Shown piece by piece: positions 14,764 through 24,079 of a stretch of DNA of 64,000 nucleotides; within the stretch, counting starts at the first letter, position 1, and every line of letters begins with the position of its first letter. This DNA is from a virus (Duplodnaviria > Caudoviricetes). A program made the translations under genes and the position numbers. A model generated the notes under the pieces. That model did not search any database and was not told where the DNA came from. It was given only the letters and a program-made list of their open reading frames with translations. Location of the stretch: the IMG/VR virus record IMGVR_UViG_3300014208_000026, positions 128,001-192,000 of that record. One strand, 5' to 3'.

Positions 14764-16146
14764 ATGGCTCCTCCCAACTGGGCCCCCGCACTTGGCGAAT
14801 ATCCCACCCCGCCCATAAACGGGGCTGTCATGTCCCCCTATATCCAAGGGGCTCAGGATATCCGTTGGGACAATCCCGCCCTGCTGACAAGCAACACCTC
14901 TTTCAACGTCGTCGGCGTGAACATTTATCGCTCGGATGTTTCCGACCGCGGACCCTTTGTACGAATCAACGACGCTCCCGTGGGGGGTTCTTTCTATCGG
15001 GACTACACGGACAACATCCTCGTCTCGAAAGAGATCATCCCCTGGGACACGGGTTGGCAGTTCAAGGGGGACGCTCCAAACAACCGACAGTGGATTTTCT
15101 GGACCCGATATCCCATCGTCAAGCGGGTTACGGACGGACCTTTCCAGACTCCGACGTACGCGAACTCGATTTTCGACGTTTCAGTTACAGTAGACGGCGA
15201 GCCCGCCTATATCCACCAAGTTTACGGTGAAGGGCACCGAGTAGAACTGGTCAATCAGTGGGGGGTGGAGCCTGGGACCGAAGAGTATTTCAGCCCGAAC
15301 CTCCCGACTGCTACGAGTGAAGTTGCGGTCACCTACTACACGAGCCGGAACTTCGTCCGGTCCGGCCTCGACGCCAAGATCACATACCGCCTGACAACCG
15401 TGGCGTTGAACGAAGCCGGTACAGGGTACATTGAGACACCGCTGACGTTTGCCGAGCCTCTCTCCAGTGTTGCTGTCGAGAAGCTTAACTACATTTGGAA
15501 AGAGGCCATCCGCCGGAACTCCTGGATTCGAGATCAGTGTGGGGAGCGGGTGAAGCTGTTCATCCGGAAAATGTCGGGGGTTCGGTGTTTCTGCGGACGT
15601 GCGCCCGAAGAGGTTACGTACGCCGACCAGCCCTCCCAAATGTGTACTGTGTGTTACGGAGCCGGTTGGGTTGGGGGGTATGAAGGGCCTTACGATATCA
15701 TCATCGCTCCAGAGGATGGGCAGAGGGCAATCGCCCAGACCCCTCAGGGTCGTAAGCAGTCTTTGAACTACGAAGTGTGGACCGGTCCCTCCCCTCTGGT
15801 TACGCAGCGAGACTTGATCGTGAAGCAAACCAACGAGAGGTATTCCATCGGGCCTGTGACCCGTCCGTCGAGTCGAGGAAACATCCTGCAGCAGTCGTTC
15901 TCCATTGCTTACCTGGACCAGCAGGATATTCGGTACCGTGTTCCTGTGCCGGATCCTGCTCACCAGACTTTCCCGCAGACACGGTACACACCGAAGCCCG
16001 AGCTTTGGGACAAAGGCGGCTTGGACGGAGATCCTTGGCCGGTCGGCCCGACTGCGGTCAACCCGATGGTGGGGGATAAGGACGGGGTTTCCGTGGATAG
16101 ACAGCAGAGAGGTCGTACTCCTGCCTGGGAAAATGAAACTTGGTAA
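14764..16146 (+). CDS. Putative neck/head-tail adaptor protein
   Basis: First large gene of the morphogenesis run; CFC...CTVCYGAGWVGGY zinc motif; inferred from position. Confidence 0.55.
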   Translation: MAPPNWAPALGEYPTPPINGAVMSPYIQGAQDIRWDNPALLTSNTSFNVVGVNIYRSDVSDRGPFVRINDAPVGGSFYRDYTDNILVSKEIIPWDTGWQFKGDAPNNRQWIFWTRYPIVKRVTDGPFQTPTYANSIFDVSVTVDGEPAYIHQVYGEGHRVELVNQWGVEPGTEEYFSPNLPTATSEVAVTYYTSRNFVRSGLDAKITYRLTTVALNEAGTGYIETPLTFAEPLSSVAVEKLNYIWKEAIRRNSWIRDQCGERVKLFIRKMSGVRCFCGRAPEEVTYADQPSQMCTVCYGAGWVGGYEGPYDIIIAPEDGQRAIAQTPQGRKQSLNYEVWTGPSPLVTQRDLIVKQTNERYSIGPVTRPSSRGNILQQSFSIAYLDQQDIRYRVPVPDPAHQTFPQTRYTPKPELWDKGGLDGDPWPVGPTAVNPMVGDKDGVSVDRQQRGRTPAWENETW

Positions 16147-16156
16147 AGGTTTTTTC

Positions 16157-16708
16157 ATGGCACGATCCGCTTTTCGCGTGAAGTTCACGCCCAAGAGAAA
16201 GGTCTATGGAACCCCCTGGTCCAAGATGGCTGGAGGTGTCGAACTTTCTCTGGAGGTTCTGAACCGTCTCGGGAAAGCCATGGTCAAGGAGATCCGGAAG
16301 GAAGCGAGACGGGCTTTTGCTATGCGAGGGGTTAGTCCTGGAGGCAAAATGGGACTCCCCGCCAGTCACAAGTTCTACGAGTCCATCAACTATCGGATTT
16401 CTGGGAAGCGAACGGTCGAGATCGTTTCGAACTGGCCCTGGATGGATGCTTATCTGGAAGGAAGAGACCCCTATCCCATGACGTGGCTCTCTCAGGAGAA
16501 GGGGGTTACGAAGGTCCCTCTCATCGATAAGTCGGGGGAAGTGATTATCCGGATGGCTCCCTTGCAAGCCAAGGATGCCTGGATTCATCCAGGAGTGGCA
16601 AAGTATTCGTTCATCGAACGAGGGGTGAAGAAGGGCAGGGAGAAGATGGCGGAGATCATTCGGGAAGAGGTCGCTCGATTGCTTCTCGAAGGGGATCCTT
16701 TCAGCTAG
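16157..16708 (+). CDS. Putative head-tail joining/tail completion protein
   Basis: Start reassigned to MARSAFR at 16157; basic protein with WIHPG..KYSFIERG; position. Confidence 0.55.
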   Translation: MARSAFRVKFTPKRKVYGTPWSKMAGGVELSLEVLNRLGKAMVKEIRKEARRAFAMRGVSPGGKMGLPASHKFYESINYRISGKRTVEIVSNWPWMDAYLEGRDPYPMTWLSQEKGVTKVPLIDKSGEVIIRMAPLQAKDAWIHPGVAKYSFIERGVKKGREKMAEIIREEVARLLLEGDPFS

Positions 16709-16724
16709 AGAGGAATAGATACCC

Positions 16725-17915
16725 ATGTACTTTAAGCTTTCCAAGGCCGTCAAGAACCGAATCATCGAGGAGCTTCGTGCTTTTTGGGGCACGCACCCCG
16801 AGTACGAAGGTATCGCCGAGAACATTCAGGGCAAGTACGCTTTCAAGGAGCGTCCCCAGTACGGAATCATTGTCAAGGTTTCTTCCGCAAACAGACTGGC
16901 CCTCTCGGCAGACAACTACCAGGGGATCGACCGCAGCTACGTGCTTCTGACCAACGTGGGGTTGAAGACAGGTTTGGCGGTCGAGTGGGTCCGTGAGGAT
17001 TCCATCGCGATTCAGAATAACGGGGGCGTGTTCCCCTCCCCTCCTGGTGTCTACTATATTGCGGTCGACGAGAATGACCGATTCAAGTTTTTCGTGGACA
17101 CTCTACTGGACGCTCGGAATGAAGCCCTGGTCATGAGCGATTCCACCACGGGGGTCTTGCAGCAGACTCCTGTGCAGAAGACCCTGCGGTTGACCGAAAT
17201 GCCTTCTCGGTTCGTTTACGAAGAGGATATCAACTACACGGTCGACTACACGACGGGGGAGGTTACGCTTACTGCCCCTCTGACTCACCAGCGCTATCTT
17301 GTAGCGGACTACCGGTATGCGGCTCCTACGAGGGGCCCTTTTACGATTCACCAGGACTACGCGGACCACACAACCATCCCAGGTTGCGTGATTGCATTTG
17401 GGCGTCGGAACCGTGCTGGGGATGTGCAGGCCGTCATGGTGCAGGAGACTAGACTTCCTGCGGCTTTGGAGTATGGCGGACGGTGGGAAATGTCCCTGGA
17501 CCTGGAGATTGTAGCCCGTGACGTTCTGGCCCAAGAAGAACTCACGGATATGACCATGATCTATCTGGATGGGGTGCTCAAAAGCAGACTGTCTTTCGAG
17601 GGGATAGAGATCACGGAGATTTCCGGAGGGGGAGAGTCTGAAGAACCTTATGACGACACGGGGGACGACTACTACTTTGGTGCGACCATCGGGCTCACGA
17701 TCCAGACCGATTGGTCTATTGCGGTGCCTCTGGCAACGTATCTTCAGCAGATCACTCCCACGACTTCTGTCCAGGCCCGACAGATTGCGGGGATGACTGA
17801 CGATGAGTTGACGGGGGTTGTGGGGAATATCCAGCTTGTCGAAAGCTTGGGGCTGAGGGCTGTACGGGATCCTTTCTTCCTGAATCGGACGGGTTCTTAC
17901 GCCTGTCTGCGGTAA
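16725..17915 (+). CDS. Putative tail terminator/neck protein
   Basis: 396 aa upstream of sheath; insertion with YTVDYTTGEVTL beta motif. Confidence 0.5.
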   Translation: MYFKLSKAVKNRIIEELRAFWGTHPEYEGIAENIQGKYAFKERPQYGIIVKVSSANRLALSADNYQGIDRSYVLLTNVGLKTGLAVEWVREDSIAIQNNGGVFPSPPGVYYIAVDENDRFKFFVDTLLDARNEALVMSDSTTGVLQQTPVQKTLRLTEMPSRFVYEEDINYTVDYTTGEVTLTAPLTHQRYLVADYRYAAPTRGPFTIHQDYADHTTIPGCVIAFGRRNRAGDVQAVMVQETRLPAALEYGGRWEMSLDLEIVARDVLAQEELTDMTMIYLDGVLKSRLSFEGIEITEISGGGESEEPYDDTGDDYYFGATIGLTIQTDWSIAVPLATYLQQITPTTSVQARQIAGMTDDELTGVVGNIQLVESLGLRAVRDPFFLNRTGSYACLR

Positions 17916-17920
17916 TCGGT

Positions 17921-17941
17921 CTATATCCTCCTCACTAATAG
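17921..17941 (+). promoter_or_regulatory. Putative late promoter CTAT-N11-TAATAG
   Basis: Same spacing as the other copies; precedes the zinc-ribbon and sheath genes. Confidence 0.55.
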
Positions 17942-17956
17942 GGGAGGTACCCAATC

Positions 17957-18406
17957 GTGCCCATCTACGACTACCAGTGCTCCTGCGGGAAACAGTTCGA
18001 GAAGTCCGTCCGCTTTGCGGATAAGGACACCCCTCAGGAATGCCTCTGCGGAAAGAAAGTTCCTCGGGTTGGAGTGCCTGACACGGTAGCTTTCACGTTC
18101 AACCAGAAGACCTCCGGTATGGCTCCGCAGAACACGGGGGTTTCTTCTTTTGACGCCAACGCGGACAGGATCATCGGGACGGACGCCAAAGAGAAGTGGG
18201 CTCTCATCACCAAGAGGGTGAGGGACAAGCGGACCATTCTCCGTGACAACCCTGATGTGACTCCGGATCATATCACCCGATTGCCTGACGGGCACTATTC
18301 CCTTCAACCAGAACCTGAACGTCGGTCTCGGGCAGTTCTCAATAATGAGGCTATTGAAGCACTAAGAGTGAAGAGGGGCGCGACCTCTCCGACAACCTCC
18401 CGATAG
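17957..18406 (+). CDS. FmdB-type zinc-ribbon protein
   Basis: MPIYDYQCSCGKQFE...ECLCG signature. Confidence 0.8.
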   Translation: MPIYDYQCSCGKQFEKSVRFADKDTPQECLCGKKVPRVGVPDTVAFTFNQKTSGMAPQNTGVSSFDANADRIIGTDAKEKWALITKRVRDKRTILRDNPDVTPDHITRLPDGHYSLQPEPERRSRAVLNNEAIEALRVKRGATSPTTSR

Positions 18407-18522
18407 GGAGGACAGATAGATTCCCTAATGAAAACATGTTGTGCTGTTTGCGTTCCTCCTTCGGGAGGCCAGATGAAAATGGACGTGAGGTAATTGAACA
18501 ACTCTGTTGAGAGAGGTACAAA

Positions 18523-21500
18523 ATGGGTTTCCCCGGCAAGCAGTACGCGCCCCCTGGTGTCTACACTGAGACCACCACCGAGAATCCGGTCAGTGCGGTT
18601 CTCACGGGACTGAAGCTCCCCGTTTTCATGGGTGAGGGTAACGAGAACCTTGTGCAGACGGCACTTGAGGTTGTTCGTGGTTCTTCCGCTTCTGTGGACC
18701 AGCAGGTCGTGCAGGAGGACATGGACGGGCGTGCCGTGGTTTCGATCTCCGGTACTGGAGTCGTGACGCTCGGTGCTTTCGACGGTGTTCTGGACCGTAT
18801 CCAGGTTCGTAATTTCCCGCTGGTGTCCGGAGACGGCACTGGGGTTACGACCAACAGCCGCAACGCTGTGACGGTCACGATCAACCAACAGCCGATCGTC
18901 ATTCGGGCGGTTACTGGCGTCAATGGTGTCATCCAACTGGCCCAGGCTCCTGCTCTCGGCGATGTTGTAAGGGTTACTTACTTCTTCGACCGCACCGACA
19001 CTCTGACGACGGACACCGTCTCGGGTCAGGTTACAACGGACCCCGCGACGATCTATGGTGTGGTTGGTGTTGCGGACGTCGATGTGGGCGGGACTGAGAC
19101 TTTCGATTTCCTTTCGACGAACAACCAGTTGGTCCTGACGGTTGACCGCGAAGTGCAGACCACGATCACGATTCCGGTTGGGTCGTACTCGGCTCGGATG
19201 GTTGGGATCATCCTCGATTCTGCTGGTGTTGGTACTCTGACAGCTACTCGTTACGAAGACAACTTCGGTAAGTCGGCGGTTGTGCTTGTAGCGGACAATG
19301 ATATCACCATCGGGGCTGGCTCCGCCAATGCTGTACTCGGTCTCGTGGCAGGCCAGACCACGGCTCGTAACCGTACCTTCTATACCTACAACGGCCCCAT
19401 CGTCGACGGTTCCAACGGTGGTGTGACTACGACCGACCCGGGGACGGTGACGGTTCGTGTGGACGGCACTGCTGTAGTCCCCACGTCGGTGGACGGTTCC
19501 AGTAGGGCTGTGACTCTCCCCTACGCTCCGGCATCGGGTTCTACTGTCACGGTTACCTACTACTTCAATACGTGGCAGGACACTTTCGATTACCTCGCCC
19601 ACATTGGGGTTACGGACGTGACCCGTTGCGGTATCACGGCGGACCGCTCGGACTTCGTCGAGGGCGCTGACTTTGTGCTTCATGACGACAAGATCGTGTG
19701 GGGTACGGCTGCTCTCGTGGATGCTGGGACTACGGTATCGGGTTCCGGTTCCTTCGGATCGAACCAAATCACGCCGACCCTCGTGGACGTGCGGGCTTAT
19801 CTGGAGACCTGCAATACGGTCGTGGATACTTCGGTCACTCCCTCTGTGGTCAGCAAGCGAGTGTTCCAGCTTCCGTACCAGCCCACTACAGGTAACGGTC
19901 GCTCCACCCCGCTGGGTTCGAGCCTGTTCCAGTCGGTGTCGAATAACCGCATTGGTCTTCCGACTGATCGCCCTGACCTTGTGCTGGCTTACTGGGGTTA
20001 CAGCGTCCAGGATGCTCTGTCCCGAGGTGCCGTGACGGTAGTGAAGGTCGATTCGACGAACTCGACTTTCACGCTGGCTTCGGATGTGCCTCCGGATGCT
20101 AACGTCTACGCCACGTTCTACTACAACACGATCACGGACGCGACCTACACGATGACGTGTGTGACCCCCGGGGCCTCTGGTATCGGTACTTACACGGTTC
20201 AGGATTCCGCGGGTGATGACGTCTACGGTCTGACTTACAACACGGGTAGTAAGGGTTCCTCGCTGACGGGTATTGCCATTCAGTTCCCTTCGGGTTCTGA
20301 GTACACTCCGGATTTCAGGTTCGAGAGTGGGAGCCAGGGTCCGGTTGAAGAGGCAATTACCGTCCGGTTCGCCGCAACTCAGGACAAGCTGGCCAAGTAC
20401 GCTACTCCGGGTTACGGGCCTTACTACCCGATCTCGGGGGCTTCGGATCACGTGGGCCTTACGGTTGACGCCGCAGCCTACAATGTGGATCTTTCCACTC
20501 CTTCGGGGATTGCTGCAACGGGCGGTGGTTTCTTCGCCACCCTCGTCGGTGAAGAGGTCGTCTATACAGGTGGCGGGACAGCGGGTATCGTCGGTAGGAA
20601 CTTTGAGTTGGATGCCAACGAAGAGTTCAACCTGAAACTCGACGGGGTGACTTATACTGCGTCGTTCCCGATGAAGGCTGCTGCGACCCGTACGGTTGCG
20701 GACATGGCGTCTTACATCAACCGTGCAGTGGTTGGTGAGACAGGGGCTGCTCAGGCTGGTGGAGCAGCATCTATTACTCTGGCTTCCACGGCGAGTGATG
20801 TGGATGACTACTACGTAGGTTGGACGGTTTTCGTTAAAGCCGGTCCTGCGAACCACGACGTGCGAATCATCACCGCTTATAACGGCGGAACGAAAGTCGC
20901 TACGGTAGCTTATAACTTCACGGGCATACCTCTCATTACCAACACTTATACCCTGAGAAACATCAAGAGCGCGATGGGTGTTGCTCAGGCCAATATTGGT
21001 GGGTTGTCGACCGTTACTTTGGACACTTCGGCCAGTGCGGTAAATGACTACTACGTGGGATGGAAAATCTTTGTGACTACGGCTCTTGGAGTCTACTACG
21101 ACGAGAAGACCGTCACAGACTACGATGGGGCTACGAAGGTAGCTACGGTGAGTTCGGCTTATGGAGTACTTCCTGCTGCTACAGACCTCTACTACCTGTA
21201 TGATTTGACTCCCGTTCGTGCTAAGTACACCGCGGCAGGGCATTTTACTGGTAGCTACACCGTAGCTCTCGCTTCCGGTTTCCACACCCTTCGTTTCACC
21301 TATACCGGCTTCCCGACTACAGCAGCGAACGTCGTTGCTACCATTGCGGATGGGACTTACACGCCTTCCGCCCTTGCCGCAGCGGTAGGGGACGCCATCA
21401 ACAAGGCTTTGAGAGCCCATGCCAGTTTTGCTCTGGATCCGCCTCCGACTGTGGACGTTACGCTCAATGGTTCGGGTCAGTTGGAGTTCGCTTTCACCAA

Positions 21501-23991
21501 GTCCCCGTTGGACAGCAGTGCCGTGTTTGAGTTCGTTGCCACGGCGGCTCTTGCCGATGACTTCTCTCCCGTCGCCGGTATTTCTACGGATGATGCCACT
21601 GGTAAGGGTCAGGCCAAGATTATCGACGGTGCGGTGTCGACCTATTACTCGGACAGTAATGCCACGGAAGCGGCCCAGGATCGCTTGATCCTTCGTAACC
21701 GCCTTGTCCCTGGTAGTGCTCTGGGTAGCCCGTTGCCCTTCGCGGCCATGGCACAAACGGGTATTGAGGTTCTGGCGGGTTCGGCTAATGCCAAGGCGGG
21801 TCTCACCACAGGTTCTACGGGCGAGGCCGGTTGGAAGGCGACGGTTCTGCCTGCAACTCTGGTCGGTTCTGCCGTGGATACCGCCCTGACGGCTACCGTG
21901 CCTCAGGTTACGTTCTATGCTGATGGCGGCACTACGGATCAGAACAACATCTTCAAGTTCAATTTCGAAGGTACTCCTATTCAGGTTACCTTCGCAGATT
22001 CCACCGGAACGGCCATTGCGGCTGGAGCGTCGGCGGTTGTGCCTCTCTGCAATGACGGTGTCGCGACTGATTGGGTGGTTAAGCAGATCGCTGATGCCAT
22101 TGACACAGCCTTCGGTCTGGTTGCAGGCACTTCTCTGACCAACGGGTATGTTGCCCTCGAAGGAGATGCTGTCCGTTTCATGGGTAGTGTTTCCGATACC
22201 ACATCCGTAGTGACTATTGGGGCTGGTAATGCAAACTCCCTTCTGGGGTTCGTTGAAGGTACTACGGCGGTCCGCACTTCGGCTACGGCCAAGGCGATTG
22301 CCTCGGCTTGTATGAACCAGAACGATGTAACGGCTCCCGCTCTCACTGACTGGTTGAACACTAAGTTCACGGCGCCGGATGCTTCCAGTTTCGCAAAGGA
22401 GGCTCTGGCTTCCACGATCCTGGACGATGCTGGCCGTGAGTACTTGTTCTTCGAAAGCCAGGGTGCTCCTGGTGCTTACGGGTCCAGCACGAGCGTCTAC
22501 TGGACTGCCAGCATCACGGATTCCGTGCTTCTGCATGGGACTGGGGTCAATGCTGAAGTCGGTGATGGCGCTGTTGGTGACGACGGGGTCTCGGGCTACT
22601 TCGTGACCTCTTCGGTTTCTGACGGTTCGGGCTCGGCTAACACCTCTGTGTTCAATGCCGTTGCTGGTACCAGCTATGGTCAGGACGGCGTGGTTGGTCA
22701 GACCTATCGCGACGACGTTACGGGTCTGACGTTCACGGTTCTGCCTCTGGCTGGCGGGCAGAAGTACCCCACTGGGGTCAATGCCACGTTCCAGTTCCAG
22801 TGCCGTAAGACCTTTACGACGAATTCGAACATCCCGATCACGACGATCCCTGGTATCGAGCTTCTCGTGACGAACACCGCTTCGGTCGGGGCTGCGAACA
22901 CGGCCCTGCTTTCCACCTACCACCGGTCCGGCAATGAGCCTGGAATCGGGGAGTACTACTACGCGACCTACATTTACACGAAACAGAACTTCAGCACTGC
23001 TCTCTACACGAAGCTTTCGATCATCGAGCAGGCATTCGGAGAGACTAGCCCTGACAACCCCGTTTCCTTGGCCGCTCACCTTGCCATGCTGAACGGGGCG
23101 GTCATCGTCGGGATCAAGCAGATTCTGAAGGGCGAGAATGGGGTCCAGGGTACCGTGACGGCTTACAGGGATGCCATTGACGAACTCGAAGGTTCGCTCC
23201 CTGGTTCGGTCTACCCCGATATCCTGTGCTCGCTCCGTGGGGATAACCTGGAGCTGTACCAGTATCTCCTCCGGCACTGCGACTTGATGAGCAGCATCCG
23301 CTATCGGGCGGAGCGCACTGCGGTGTGCGGTACGGCCAGTGGCACCTCTCCGACCACGGTCCAGTCGTGGGCTCAGAACATCGGTGGGGCTCGGTTCCGC
23401 ATGATGTACCCCGATTCGGCCACGCTGAACCTGACGGATGCCCTGAACGTGACCACCGAATACTTGGTCGACGGTCCGTTCTTGGCTGCGGCTCAGATTG
23501 GGCGAGTTGCCTCTCCCAACGTGGACGTGGCGACTCCGTGGACCGGCATGAACCTCGTTGGGTTCACCGGCCTGGGTCGGAACCTCGATATCGTGACGAT
23601 GAACCAGATTGCTCAGAAGGGCGTCACGCTCGTCGAGTCTCGTCCCCCGAACCTGCGTATTCGGCACGGGCTCACGACTGACATGACCAACAATCTGACG
23701 AAGATCCCGACGATCTACCAGATCACCGATGAGGTCCAGCAGCGTACCCGTGACGCCATGGAGAAGTTCATCGGTGTCAAGTTCCTGCCGGGTATTCTGA
23801 GTCAGATCGAAGGTCGTCAGGCTCAGGTGTTCAAGTTCCTCGTGGACGCCCAGATCATCTCGGCTTACACGGGGATCCATGCGAGCATCGATCCTTCAAA
23901 TCCTACAACTGCGGACCTCAGCGCTGCATTTTCTCCTATCTTCCCCCTCGAAATGATCCTGGTCCGCTACTTTTTGCGGAGCAGCCTCTAG
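18523..23991 (+). CDS. Contractile tail sheath protein (1822 aa, large insertions)
   Basis: N-terminal YAPPGVYTETT; C-terminal sheath core (ERTAVCG, MNQIAQKGVTLV, LRIRHGLTT, DEV...FIG.K, DPSNPT...F.PIFPL..I). Confidence 0.9.
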   Translation: MGFPGKQYAPPGVYTETTTENPVSAVLTGLKLPVFMGEGNENLVQTALEVVRGSSASVDQQVVQEDMDGRAVVSISGTGVVTLGAFDGVLDRIQVRNFPLVSGDGTGVTTNSRNAVTVTINQQPIVIRAVTGVNGVIQLAQAPALGDVVRVTYFFDRTDTLTTDTVSGQVTTDPATIYGVVGVADVDVGGTETFDFLSTNNQLVLTVDREVQTTITIPVGSYSARMVGIILDSAGVGTLTATRYEDNFGKSAVVLVADNDITIGAGSANAVLGLVAGQTTARNRTFYTYNGPIVDGSNGGVTTTDPGTVTVRVDGTAVVPTSVDGSSRAVTLPYAPASGSTVTVTYYFNTWQDTFDYLAHIGVTDVTRCGITADRSDFVEGADFVLHDDKIVWGTAALVDAGTTVSGSGSFGSNQITPTLVDVRAYLETCNTVVDTSVTPSVVSKRVFQLPYQPTTGNGRSTPLGSSLFQSVSNNRIGLPTDRPDLVLAYWGYSVQDALSRGAVTVVKVDSTNSTFTLASDVPPDANVYATFYYNTITDATYTMTCVTPGASGIGTYTVQDSAGDDVYGLTYNTGSKGSSLTGIAIQFPSGSEYTPDFRFESGSQGPVEEAITVRFAATQDKLAKYATPGYGPYYPISGASDHVGLTVDAAAYNVDLSTPSGIAATGGGFFATLVGEEVVYTGGGTAGIVGRNFELDANEEFNLKLDGVTYTASFPMKAAATRTVADMASYINRAVVGETGAAQAGGAASITLASTASDVDDYYVGWTVFVKAGPANHDVRIITAYNGGTKVATVAYNFTGIPLITNTYTLRNIKSAMGVAQANIGGLSTVTLDTSASAVNDYYVGWKIFVTTALGVYYDEKTVTDYDGATKVATVSSAYGVLPAATDLYYLYDLTPVRAKYTAAGHFTGSYTVALASGFHTLRFTYTGFPTTAANVVATIADGTYTPSALAAAVGDAINKALRAHASFALDPPPTVDVTLNGSGQLEFAFTKSPLDSSAVFEFVATAALADDFSPVAGISTDDATGKGQAKIIDGAVSTYYSDSNATEAAQDRLILRNRLVPGSALGSPLPFAAMAQTGIEVLAGSANAKAGLTTGSTGEAGWKATVLPATLVGSAVDTALTATVPQVTFYADGGTTDQNNIFKFNFEGTPIQVTFADSTGTAIAAGASAVVPLCNDGVATDWVVKQIADAIDTAFGLVAGTSLTNGYVALEGDAVRFMGSVSDTTSVVTIGAGNANSLLGFVEGTTAVRTSATAKAIASACMNQNDVTAPALTDWLNTKFTAPDASSFAKEALASTILDDAGREYLFFESQGAPGAYGSSTSVYWTASITDSVLLHGTGVNAEVGDGAVGDDGVSGYFVTSSVSDGSGSANTSVFNAVAGTSYGQDGVVGQTYRDDVTGLTFTVLPLAGGQKYPTGVNATFQFQCRKTFTTNSNIPITTIPGIELLVTNTASVGAANTALLSTYHRSGNEPGIGEYYYATYIYTKQNFSTALYTKLSIIEQAFGETSPDNPVSLAAHLAMLNGAVIVGIKQILKGENGVQGTVTAYRDAIDELEGSLPGSVYPDILCSLRGDNLELYQYLLRHCDLMSSIRYRAERTAVCGTASGTSPTTVQSWAQNIGGARFRMMYPDSATLNLTDALNVTTEYLVDGPFLAAAQIGRVASPNVDVATPWTGMNLVGFTGLGRNLDIVTMNQIAQKGVTLVESRPPNLRIRHGLTTDMTNNLTKIPTIYQITDEVQQRTRDAMEKFIGVKFLPGILSQIEGRQAQVFKFLVDAQIISAYTGIHASIDPSNPTTADLSAAFSPIFPLEMILVRYFLRSSL

Positions 23992-24023
23992 TCCTTGATT
24001 TCATTCAGGTTTCCTAGTTTCTG

Positions 24024-24052
24024 TTGACTCAGGCTGCCATCGGGTCTATACT
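24024..24052 (+). promoter_or_regulatory. sigma70-type promoter
   Basis: TTGACT(24024)-17 nt-TATACT(24047). Confidence 0.7.
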
Positions 24053-24079
24053 CCTATGAGGATAGGAGTAGGTGATTTG

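Noticed and set aside
18304-23880. 1858-aa antisense ORF opposite the sheath gene
   Set aside because: It is in codon register with the sheath gene and is explained by avoidance of TTA, CTA and TCA codons; the translation is Arg/Ser/His-rich with no motifs
24056-24079. Track start codon for the zinc-finger endonuclease
   Set aside because: It lies only 3 nt after the -10 box; ATG 24080 has a proper RBS
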